NCBI GenBank assembly: GCA_052146315.1
Contig: JBKQNJ010000095.1
Location: 33,364-97,363 of the forward strand
Reading direction: 5' to 3'
DNA length: 64,000 bases
Source of the DNA: Candidatus Acidiferrales bacterium
Lineage (GTDB): Bacteria; Acidobacteriota; Terriglobia; Acidiferrales; UBA7541
Below, in pieces: positions 18,043 to 26,354 of the stretch; positions within the stretch are counted from its first letter, which is position 1, and each line of letters opens with the position of its first letter. The notes under the pieces are model-generated. The model worked only from the letters and a program-made list of their open reading frames with translations. It ran no database searches and had not been told where the DNA came from. Position numbers and translations under genes: made by a program.

Positions 18043-19602
18043 TTAGGCGACCTTCTCCTTTCGCTGCACACGCCGGAACTCCGTCTTCAGGTGAAATTCT
18101 CTTTCGAAGAGCGCCGCCTTGCGTTCCAGTCCGGTCACATCGAGCCGCGTGCCCTCGGCCGCGCGGATCAGAAAAATCGCGCGATGCCCGGCGATCTGGA
18201 CGTCCACGCCCTCCACGCGCTGCGCGTGCTCCGATTCGAGTTTTTCGGCGATGCGCAGCAGCGAAGTGAGCAGGCGCATCTCGCGCCGCCGCGAGCCATC
18301 GAGCGCGGCGTACGAGGCGTGTTCGATTTGCGGCTCGGATTTGCAATTGTGGTAGCGCACCAGCGCGCCGACCATATCGCGCCGCCAGCCGCGCAACCCG
18401 GGAATCTCGCTGTTGCGGATCATGTATTCGCCGTGGCGGTTGTGCGACTTGCGGTGAACGAAATGCCCGATATCGTGCAGCATCGCTGCGATTTCAAGCA
18501 GCAGCCGGTGATCCGGTCCCAGCTCGTGGATCGGGCGCAGCTGATCGAAGAGCGAAAGCGCGAGGCGCGAGACCTGCTCGGCGTGCTGCGGGTCGTAGTT
18601 GAGGCGGCTAGCGAACCACCGCGCCGCGGTCAGCAACTCCTCGGCGCGGTCTTTTTCCTCCGCCGACGCTTTGCCCGCCGAATATTGCTCGGCGACCAGA
18701 TCGAGCAGCAGCCCCTCGCGCACGCCCACGCCGGGCACGAGAATCGAGCGCAGGTCGAGCCACTTCGCCACCGTGCCGATAATGATCGCCGCGATGCCGA
18801 TCACTTCGGCGCGGTCTCTGCGCATGCGAAACACGCGCATGCGGCCCGGCACGTCGAGGAGCAGCAGCCGCAGCCTCTGGTCTTTCAGCAGCCGCACGTT
18901 GATCGCCGGCGTCCTGCCAAACATCGGACCAGGCGCGAAGCGCACGAGCGCTTCGGCATTTCCGCCGGACGCGACGCCGATCGCGCGCGAAAGCTTCGGC
19001 GGCGAGGGCATCGCGCTGCGCAGCAGAGCCAGAATGTGTAGCTTCAGCCGCTTCGCGCTTTCTTCGTCGATGGCGCCGTCGATCGCGTAGGTTTCCATCA
19101 ACCGAATCGTGCCGAGCGGCAGCGCGACGCGCTCGCTCACTTCTCCGCGATCGAAAAAATTGATTTCGAGGCTGCCGCCGCCCAGATCGAAAATCACGCG
19201 CGGCTGAACTTTGTCGCCGAGCGCCCACCGCACGGCCGAGCAGACCAGCCGCGCCTCTTCCTCGCTCCCGATCACTTCGAGTTCGATTCCGGACTTCCGC
19301 TGGATGCGCTCCATCAGCTTCCGGTAGTTGCGCACTTCGCGCGCGGCGGCCGTGGCGACGGCGCGGTACGCCGTCACCTGATGGCGGTCCATGCGGTCGC
19401 GAAAGTGCCGGAAGACCCGCGCCGCCCGCGAAATCGTCTCGTCGTCGAGCAGATGCCGCGTGAAGGCGTTATGCCCGAGGCGCACGGCGGCACGTTCGGT
19501 CTCCAGAATCTCGATGTGTTGCGGGGAAGTGGCACGCGCTATCACCAGCCGGATGGCGTTCGATCCGGCGTCGATCGCTGCCAGTTGTACCGGGGCGGCC
19601 AC
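18043..19602 (-). CDS. ppx: exopolyphosphatase Ppx/GppA with C-terminal HD domain
   Basis: LAAIDAGSNAIRLVIA, DLGGGSLEI (ASKHA fold), and a C-terminal LHDIGHFV...HNRHGEYMI HD motif. Confidence 0.9.
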   Translation of the reverse strand: MAAPVQLAAIDAGSNAIRLVIARATSPQHIEILETERAAVRLGHNAFTRHLLDDETISRAARVFRHFRDRMDRHQVTAYRAVATAAAREVRNYRKLMERIQRKSGIELEVIGSEEEARLVCSAVRWALGDKVQPRVIFDLGGGSLEINFFDRGEVSERVALPLGTIRLMETYAIDGAIDEESAKRLKLHILALLRSAMPSPPKLSRAIGVASGGNAEALVRFAPGPMFGRTPAINVRLLKDQRLRLLLLDVPGRMRVFRMRRDRAEVIGIAAIIIGTVAKWLDLRSILVPGVGVREGLLLDLVAEQYSAGKASAEEKDRAEELLTAARWFASRLNYDPQHAEQVSRLALSLFDQLRPIHELGPDHRLLLEIAAMLHDIGHFVHRKSHNRHGEYMIRNSEIPGLRGWRRDMVGALVRYHNCKSEPQIEHASYAALDGSRRREMRLLTSLLRIAEKLESEHAQRVEGVDVQIAGHRAIFLIRAAEGTRLDVTGLERKAALFEREFHLKTEFRRVQRKEKVA

Positions 19603-19605
19603 TCG

Positions 19606-20475
19606 TTAGCGCCAGAGGTGCTGGAGTGCGTGCGAAGGCTTGTAGTGCGTGCTGCGGATGCCGAGGTGCGAAGCGATGCGCTTGCGCAGCACCCGGTTCA
19701 CGTCCGAGACGCTTCCCTCGCCGTCCATTTCAATGAAGCCGTGCCGCTTCGACAGGTATTCGAATTCGCCCTTCACCAGCGATTGGTAGCGGATGAACGA
19801 CTGGAAGAGATCGTTCGAAAGCGACATGTCGCGGCCCGACTCCCAATAGCTGATCGTCTGCGATTTCTTGAATTCGCGGTCGAATGCGATTTCCGGCCGC
19901 ACGTTCAGCCAGAACGTCAGGTCCGGCCGCAGCGCGATTTCGTAAATCCCATGCAGGTAGTCCCGCCCGATCCCGCGCACCGCGGCGCGCGCGATCAGCG
20001 TGAAGATATAGCGGTCGGCGAGCACGATCAACCCCGAACGCAGCGCCGGCAAAATCCGCCGCTCGAGCTGGTCGAAGAAATCGGTGCTGTACATCAGCGC
20101 GAGCGTCATGCGCGTCACGGTATTTTCGGCGAGCAGCGCGTCGATATCCTCGCCCACCAGAAACGATCGCCGCAGCCCCATCGTCTGCACGGCGAATCCT
20201 TCGGATTCGAGCCATTCGGTGAGCAGCGAAATCTGCGTCGAGCGGCCCGAGCCGTCCGTGCCCTCGACCACGATCAGGCTGCCGCTCAGCTCCTCGGGCT
20301 TCACGCCCGGCAGCGGGATGCCGTAAAAGCGCGCGAGCAGGTCCGAGTTGCCGTTGCGACCCTTCTTCGGGGATTTGCTCGCGCGCGTGTCCGAGCGGCC
20401 GCCTGCGGGGCCGTTTGATCGGCTTTTCGCGGCGCCGTTCGTGGAAGCGGACGATGGAGAGCCGTTGCGCGTCAT
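19606..20475 (-). CDS. thymidylate-kinase-like protein with Lys-to-Arg P-loop and a basic, disordered N-terminal extension
   Basis: IVVEGTDGSGRSTQ (canonical form is GxDGxGK[ST]T) and LADRYIFT (DRY-like). About 70 N-terminal residues are rich in S/G/R/K/N. Confidence 0.7.
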   Translation of the reverse strand: MTRNGSPSSASTNGAAKSRSNGPAGGRSDTRASKSPKKGRNGNSDLLARFYGIPLPGVKPEELSGSLIVVEGTDGSGRSTQISLLTEWLESEGFAVQTMGLRRSFLVGEDIDALLAENTVTRMTLALMYSTDFFDQLERRILPALRSGLIVLADRYIFTLIARAAVRGIGRDYLHGIYEIALRPDLTFWLNVRPEIAFDREFKKSQTISYWESGRDMSLSNDLFQSFIRYQSLVKGEFEYLSKRHGFIEMDGEGSVSDVNRVLRKRIASHLGIRSTHYKPSHALQHLWR

Positions 20476-20482
20476 TTCTTCG

Positions 20483-21229
20483 TCACTTCTTTTTCTTCGG
20501 CGCGAAAGGCGCGAGATTGATTTTCTCGGCGAGAAGATTGCGCATCTGCTTCTGCAGCTTGTTCACGCGGGCCGTGCCGTCCATCAGGACGAACCGGTCT
20601 GTCTCGATCATCTGGTCGTAGTTGTTGAGGATGCGTTCCTGGAAGATGCGGAAGCTTTCGGCGCGATCGAGCGAGATGCCGAGGTCCATGCCCGCTTCGT
20701 AATATTTCAGCTTCGGCCGCCCGGCGACGATGCGATTGACGGCCACATCGAGCGGCGCGCGAAAATAAAACGTAATGTCCGGCACCGGCGCGAAGCTATA
20801 CAGATTGCGCAGCCAGCGCGGCGAACAACCGCGGGCCGCGTCGCGCGCAAACGCCGTATAAACGTAGCGGTCGGCCAGCACCAGATACCCGCCGTGGAGC
20901 AGCGGCAGAATCTGCCGCTCGCAGCGGTCCGCGAAATCCGCCGCGTGCAGCATCGAGAAGGTCGTCGGCGTCAAGAGGCGCCGCTGCTTGCCGCGCCGCG
21001 TTGCCGATTTCACCAGCGGCGACGAATTCCACTCCGTGAAATGGATCCGGTAGCCGCCAATCTCGAGCCACCGCTTCAGCAGGTAGAGCTGCGTGCTCTT
21101 GCCCGACCCGTCGATTCCCTCCACCACCACCAGCGCGCCCGGATACTCGCGCTTCGCCGCCGCCGCCTTTTCGGGCGCTTCGTCGGTCAGCACGGGAATT
21201 TCGGGAGTGATAGTCGCCATGGGGCACAC
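20483..21229 (-). CDS. thymidylate-kinase-like protein (canonical P-loop)
   Basis: VVVEGIDGSGKSTQLYLL and LADRYVYTAFA. Lies 7 nt upstream of the second Tmk-like gene. Confidence 0.75.
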   Translation of the reverse strand: MCPMATITPEIPVLTDEAPEKAAAAKREYPGALVVVEGIDGSGKSTQLYLLKRWLEIGGYRIHFTEWNSSPLVKSATRRGKQRRLLTPTTFSMLHAADFADRCERQILPLLHGGYLVLADRYVYTAFARDAARGCSPRWLRNLYSFAPVPDITFYFRAPLDVAVNRIVAGRPKLKYYEAGMDLGISLDRAESFRIFQERILNNYDQMIETDRFVLMDGTARVNKLQKQMRNLLAEKINLAPFAPKKKK

Positions 21230-21292
21230 CCAAACCGCAGGCTCAATGATACGTCCAAAGCCTCAACCGGGCATGAAAATTCTGTTACATCT

Positions 21293-21880
21293 CTAGGGAT
21301 GACTTGAGGCGGGCGACGGAATGATGCTTCCGTTGTAAGACTGCGCAAACTCGTGAAATGCCGGCAGGGATGCCGTATAAGTCTCCTTGGTCTTTGCGCT
21401 GAGCACCAGGGTGAGGACGCGGGTCTGCTCTGCGATATAAATGACCTGCTCAAATGCGTTGTGCGATTCGCCGCTTTCGAACGTGCGAACAGGGACGGAC
21501 GTCTTCCCATTGGGAAGCGCCAGCGGTTCCTCGATTCGAACCGTTCCATGCTTGAATCGAGCATGGAATCCGGCGATGTCCGATTGAATGTATTCGTCCC
21601 GGTTCTTCAGGTCTTCTTTGGGTCCGATTGGGCACCCGCTGACGTAGATCCACACGTCGGCAGTCTCGAGATGCGTGCCCTTCTTGACGAACGTCTCCAT
21701 GCCCAGACCATCGGTGCGCTCCCAACCCTTGGGTGTGTTCAGGATCAGGAGCCCTTGACCCGTTAGCTGTATTTCGGGCGGTTGAGAGGCTGGGCTGGAT
21801 CGTTGTTGCGCCGGCGCACTAATTGCGACGAGAGTGAGTGCGACGAAGCACAGCTTCGTGACGCGAGCACGTAATTTCAA
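21293..21880 (-). CDS. hypothetical secreted protein
   Basis: A TTG at 21878-21880 is preceded by GGGAG and gives (M)KLRARVTKLCFVALTLVAISAPAQQ, which looks like a signal peptide. The longer track ORF has an Arg-rich, implausible N-terminus. Lower G+C than the flanks. Confidence 0.5.
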   Translation of the reverse strand: MKLRARVTKLCFVALTLVAISAPAQQRSSPASQPPEIQLTGQGLLILNTPKGWERTDGLGMETFVKKGTHLETADVWIYVSGCPIGPKEDLKNRDEYIQSDIAGFHARFKHGTVRIEEPLALPNGKTSVPVRTFESGESHNAFEQVIYIAEQTRVLTLVLSAKTKETYTASLPAFHEFAQSYNGSIIPSPASSHP

Positions 21881-21941
21881 TGCGCGACTCCCTCGTTGGG
21901 ATTGGCCAGACGTCAGCGTTCTGGCATCCGGCCAACGAATC

Positions 21942-23867
21942 CTACCGCGCTTCGCCAGCCGGCGGAGGCGCACCTGCACTCGGCGCTGCGCCCGACGCGG
22001 GCGGCGGTGGCACGGGCACGTTCCCATCGAGCGTGAACGTATAGAGCCGCCCCTTGCCCTGGCGTCCCGCGAGCACCGACACATACTCCTTGCCGTCGAG
22101 CATGTAGCACACCGGATTCGCGAATCCCGCTTGCAGCTTCACGCTCCACAGCTTCTCGCCTTTATCCGCGCTGAACGCTTCGAAATCGCCGCCACTCGAA
22201 GCGGCGAACACGAGATTCCCCGCGGTCGTCATCGTGCCGCCGCCACCGGTTGCGGGCACTTTCCACCGCGCAGTCTCCGTCGCCGGATCCCACGCCACCA
22301 AGAAATTCCCGGCGGGCGGCGCGGGAGGAGGCGGCGGTGGAGGCGGCGCGGCGTTACCACGAGCTGCGACCGGGCCCGTGCCTCTGCCCGCGGCGTCCCT
22401 GAAAATGATTCCCCAATTGTACGCGCCGAGCTCCGGCTTGAATGCCGGCGCCTGCACGTACGCAAAGCTCGACGCCATCCCTGGCGTCACATACACGAGA
22501 TTCGTCTCCGGATTGAACGACATCCCCTGCCACACGTGCCCGCCGCCCGGCCCCGGCCAGACGATCGTGGGCGTCGTGCCGTAGTGCGCCTCGGGATTGT
22601 CGATCGGCCGCCCCGTCTTCGGGTCGAGTCCTTTGTTCCACGTGATTTTCTGCAGCGGCGCGCCGGAAATGAATTTCCCGGTCTTGCGGTCGATCACGTA
22701 GAAGTAGCCGTTCTTCGGCGCCTGCATGATCACGTGGCGCAGCTTGCCGTCGATCGTCACGTCAGCCAACACCAGATCCGCGATCGCGTCGTAGTCCCAC
22801 TCGTCGCCCGGCGTGGTCTGGAAATACCACACGAACTTGCCCGTTTCCGGCTTCAGGGCGATGATCGAGCAAATGTACAAATTGTCCTTGCCCATCGCGC
22901 TGCGATATTTCTGCACCCACGGGCCGGCCTGACCCGTGCCGAAATACAGCAGGTCGAGCTTCGGATCGTACGAAATCGCGTTCCACGGATTGCCGCCTCC
23001 GCCTAATTTCCACCATTGAATATCGGGCGACCACGTCTTCGCCGCGGCTTCCATCGCTTTGTTCTCAAATGGTTTCGACGGATCGCCTGGGACCGTGTAG
23101 AAGCGCCAGTCGAGCTTGCCCGTCTCCGCGTCGTACGCCGAAATAAATCCGCGCACGGCGAATTCTCCGCCGCCGTTGCCGATGATCACTTTATCTTTCA
23201 CGATCAGCGGCGCGCCCGTGATGCTGTAGTCCGCGTTTTTCTCCGCCGTCTGGACGCTCCACACCACCTTGCCCGTTTCCGCGTCCAGCGCGACGAGCCG
23301 CGCGTCGAGTGTCCCGACGTAAACCTTGCCGTCATACACCGCCACGCCGCGATTGCCCGGCCCGCAGCACAGGCTCGGCCCCGTGCGCACTTTGTCCGCG
23401 TCCGGCTTGCCCATCGAGCCGGTGGGAAAATTCTGGTGGCCCACTTGCGGGTCCCAGCGCCACTTCTCTTTTCCCGTGCGCGCGTCGACGGCAAACACCA
23501 CGCCCCACGTCAACGTCGCATAGAGCGTGCCATTCGAAATCACCGGAGACGCCTGGAGCGTCCCGGGGAGAGAATCGGTGTCGTAATACCACGCGAGCCC
23601 CAGCCGGCTCACATTCGACGCGTCGATCTGCGTCAGCGGGCTGTACCGCGTCGCCTCATAATTCCCCGCGTTCATCAGCCATTCGCCGCTCTTCCAGCCG
23701 TTCAGCAGCGCCCCGGCAGTCACTTGCCCCGTCTCGCTGCCGTGATCCTGCCCCGCGGCCACAGCCCAACCCGCCAGCCCAGCCAGCATCACCAGAAGCG
23801 CAACCAAACCCCAAGTCTTCGCATTTCCGAATTTCGCATTTCGCAATTTCGCATTTCGCGATTTCAT
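21942..23867 (-). CDS. PQQ-dependent (quinoprotein) alcohol dehydrogenase family protein, periplasmic
   Basis: YSPLTQIDASNVSRLGLAWYY, FAVDARTGKEKWRW, and the vicinal-Cys motif SLCCGPGNRGVAVYDGKVY, with repeated W-docking propeller motifs. The signal anchor is WGLVALLVMLAGLAGWAVAA. Confidence 0.85.
   Translation of the reverse strand: MKSRNAKLRNAKFGNAKTWGLVALLVMLAGLAGWAVAAGQDHGSETGQVTAGALLNGWKSGEWLMNAGNYEATRYSPLTQIDASNVSRLGLAWYYDTDSLPGTLQASPVISNGTLYATLTWGVVFAVDARTGKEKWRWDPQVGHQNFPTGSMGKPDADKVRTGPSLCCGPGNRGVAVYDGKVYVGTLDARLVALDAETGKVVWSVQTAEKNADYSITGAPLIVKDKVIIGNGGGEFAVRGFISAYDAETGKLDWRFYTVPGDPSKPFENKAMEAAAKTWSPDIQWWKLGGGGNPWNAISYDPKLDLLYFGTGQAGPWVQKYRSAMGKDNLYICSIIALKPETGKFVWYFQTTPGDEWDYDAIADLVLADVTIDGKLRHVIMQAPKNGYFYVIDRKTGKFISGAPLQKITWNKGLDPKTGRPIDNPEAHYGTTPTIVWPGPGGGHVWQGMSFNPETNLVYVTPGMASSFAYVQAPAFKPELGAYNWGIIFRDAAGRGTGPVAARGNAAPPPPPPPPAPPAGNFLVAWDPATETARWKVPATGGGGTMTTAGNLVFAASSGGDFEAFSADKGEKLWSVKLQAGFANPVCYMLDGKEYVSVLAGRQGKGRLYTFTLDGNVPVPPPPASGAAPSAGAPPPAGEAR
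23821..23866 (-). repeat. 15-nt in-frame tandem repeat (about 2.8 copies) at the 5' end of the PQQ-dehydrogenase ORF
   Basis: The minus strand reads CGAAATGCGAAATTG CGAAATGCGAAATTC GGAAATGCGAAG and encodes RNAKL RNAKF GNAK. Confidence 0.7.
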
Positions 23868-24081
23868 ATGTCGCATTCCCCCACGCAAAGATCGCGTCCC
23901 GCGAGCCCCACCCAGGCCCACGCACGCGCCCACATACTAATCCCACGGCCAATTTTTTGCTCGACGTTTGTGGGTCCAGGGTTTCGTAGCGGCTTGCCCT
24001 GAGTGCTGTCGCGAAGGGCGGCCTTTTCACCTTGCCTGCCCTGACGCAGGAAGGGACGTAGGAAGGGCAGGCCGGCGGACT

Positions 24082-24145
24082 TCTAAGTTTTTTCGGGTGC
24101 CCCATCCTCGGTTTGTGAGGGTGGGGCCTTTGACTTTCCGTTTCT
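24082..24145 (+). repeat. 64-nt REP-like dispersed element, copy B
   Basis: tctaagttttttcgggtgccccatcctcggtttgtgagggtggggcctttgactttccgtttct. It matches 17424-17487. Confidence 0.8.
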
Positions 24146-24209
24146 CTGTCGTCCGCCGCACCCGCTGTTGCCTTGAGGTTAAAACGTGGTGCCGGGCATC
24201 AGGCCGGCG

Positions 24210-25286
24210 TCATTCCTTGCCGGAAACGGGCGACCACCGCGCCACCGTCGACATCGCGTCCTGCCAGCTGCTCCAGCCCGAGCCCATGCCATATGGACCA
24301 CGGTGGTACACAGCTTCGATCCGCCGGATCTTTCCGTGCTCGACGCGAAAGACCTCCGAGATTTCCCAGGTCCACGGCGTCACAGGTCCCACCGTCACCG
24401 TGCGCCCATCGGGAATCTGAAACGTGCGCGTCTTCCCCGCCGCGTGATCGAAGAAGCACCACGCCAGCGCCACTCCGCGCTCCGGATCGACCACCACGAA
24501 TCTCCGGTCGCGTATCCGCGTAACGAAATGCAGCAATCCTGATTCGAACTGCTCCTTGCATCCCCACTCGGCCGAGTAGCTCAAATCCGCCCTGCGGCGC
24601 GCGTTGTCGATGGAATTCCCCTGCGACGCCAGCACGTTGGACGTGTCCGCCGAGTGGTTGTTCGTCGCTTCCGCGCCGTTCTCCACACGATCGCAATCGT
24701 CCGTGAACGGGTAACTTCCCTTTCCGTCGTTGAGCTGCATCCCCGAAAAGTACATGTTCGCGGCCTTCACAAGTTCCGCGCGCGAAACGCGGTCGGCGGC
24801 GGGAATCGTTTCCGTGAAAAGAGGATCGGGATGGCCGCGCTTTTCCAGATTCTCGGCCTCGGTCTTATCGCGATTGACGATCGTCTCGATCTCGGCAATC
24901 TTCTGATCCTCGATTTTCAAGCGCAGCGAAAGAATCACCGGCTCGCCGGCCTCCCGCATCGTTCCGAAGAAGCCCGCTTCCCCGGCCTGCACGTCTTCCA
25001 TATAGAACTTGTAGGTGCCTTTTCCGGTCGCGGTGTTCCACAGCCCGTCGCCGAGATTCAGCCGTTGCCCGTCTTCAGTGAATTTCACCGTGGGCGTCAC
25101 GGGCAGCCGCGACGGATCGTTTGCAGCGACCGCGTCGAGATAGCGGTCCACGAATCCGTCCAGGCACGCCCGGTCGCAACCGCTCGCCGCCGTCCCGGCC
25201 GCCGGCTTGGCCGGCGCCACTTGCGCGGCAATCGCGATCAATGCGCCCGCCGCCACACCAACTCGAATCAGAATTTTCCCTCGCAT
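24210..25286 (-). CDS. hypothetical exported protein
   Basis: The ATG at 25286 gives MRGKILIRVGVAAGALIAIAAQVAPAKPAAG, which looks like a signal peptide. No family recognised. Confidence 0.55.
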   Translation of the reverse strand: MRGKILIRVGVAAGALIAIAAQVAPAKPAAGTAASGCDRACLDGFVDRYLDAVAANDPSRLPVTPTVKFTEDGQRLNLGDGLWNTATGKGTYKFYMEDVQAGEAGFFGTMREAGEPVILSLRLKIEDQKIAEIETIVNRDKTEAENLEKRGHPDPLFTETIPAADRVSRAELVKAANMYFSGMQLNDGKGSYPFTDDCDRVENGAEATNNHSADTSNVLASQGNSIDNARRRADLSYSAEWGCKEQFESGLLHFVTRIRDRRFVVVDPERGVALAWCFFDHAAGKTRTFQIPDGRTVTVGPVTPWTWEISEVFRVEHGKIRRIEAVYHRGPYGMGSGWSSWQDAMSTVARWSPVSGKE

Positions 25287-25527
25287 CGAATCACCAGTGG
25301 CACAGGCAATCCCGCCCGTGCATCCTTCCTCATCCGCACGCACAGCGCCTTCGCCCACACCGCGCGCGGAACCCCGCGTATCCTACACCCCGTCGCCGCC
25401 TTTGCGACAGACCGGCCGCCCGTGTGATCGCTCCGGCGGTTTCGTAGCGGCTGTCCTGCGAGTCCTGATAGAAGTCGAAGGAGCGGGGCCGAATAGACAA
25501 CAACGTCTTGAAACTTCACACCTGGCG

Positions 25528-26352
25528 CTACGAGGCTGGAGAGGTCGCGAAGGTCTTGTTTCGAAAGGAAGCCTCAACTGTTGCGGCAATCGAAAGGCAA
25601 TCTTCCGCTGCAAGTACAGGGTGGCGAACGCGGCGAGGGAATTCGTCATAGGTCCGTCCGTCAAGCTTTCTGCCCGTCGCAGACTTACGAACGCCGCCCC
25701 ACTGCTTAAAGAAGAAGGCCGCTCCTGCACGCTGACATTGGTCTCGAACAGACAGCACCCACTCCCTATTCATGGGCCTCGCCCCTGGTCCACTTTCGCC
25801 GCCCACTATCACCCAATGGATTCCATCCAGATCAAACCGTCCGAGGTCTTCGAGCAAGGGCTCGACGGAGAGAAATCGAATCTCCGCGCTCGCTTTCCGC
25901 AAGTCGTCGATGCGCGGAAGGCCGTACTTTCGATCCTCAACACTTACTCCCCACCATATATGCGGCTGGCACGCCGCGAACGCCAAGCTAGAATTCAGAA
26001 GTTCTCGAAGGCGCTCAGATCGTTTCGTCAGCACCTGATAGGTATGCCATCTGGCCGCGACCATAACCTTCGCGACCTCCTTGATGTAGGCGTCCGGTAC
26101 GGCGTCATGAAACAGATCACTCATCGAGTTGACGAAGACCATCTTTGGCGCACGCCATCGCAACGGCTCGCCGAGCTTCTCGGGAACCAAGCGCAAGTCG
26201 AACCCTTGCTCGTACGGATGCCTTCTGACTCCCCGGAATCGCTCCGCGAACGTTTCCGCGTAGCAGTGCTTGCAGCCGGGGCTAATCTTTGTGCATCCCC
26301 TTACCGGATTCCAGGTGGCATCCGTCCACTCGATTGCGGATACTTGGGCCAT
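25528..26352 (-). CDS. DUF5131 / phage Gp37-Gp68 family protein (three-Cys-motif protein)
   Basis: MAQVSAIEWTDATWNPVRGCTKISPGCKHCYAETFAERF is the characteristic N-terminus, with a Cx6Cx2C motif. The ATG at 26352 lies 2 nt after the stop of the upstream TcmP-like ORF. Confidence 0.8.
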   Translation of the reverse strand: MAQVSAIEWTDATWNPVRGCTKISPGCKHCYAETFAERFRGVRRHPYEQGFDLRLVPEKLGEPLRWRAPKMVFVNSMSDLFHDAVPDAYIKEVAKVMVAARWHTYQVLTKRSERLRELLNSSLAFAACQPHIWWGVSVEDRKYGLPRIDDLRKASAEIRFLSVEPLLEDLGRFDLDGIHWVIVGGESGPGARPMNREWVLSVRDQCQRAGAAFFFKQWGGVRKSATGRKLDGRTYDEFPRRVRHPVLAAEDCLSIAATVEASFRNKTFATSPAS

Positions 26353-26354
26353 TA

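Noticed and set aside
23821-23866. Short tandem repeats (also 35005-35121) as CRISPR-like arrays
   Set aside because: The units are 6-15 nt without spacers, they lie inside ORFs, and there are no cas genes. They are simple tandem repeats.
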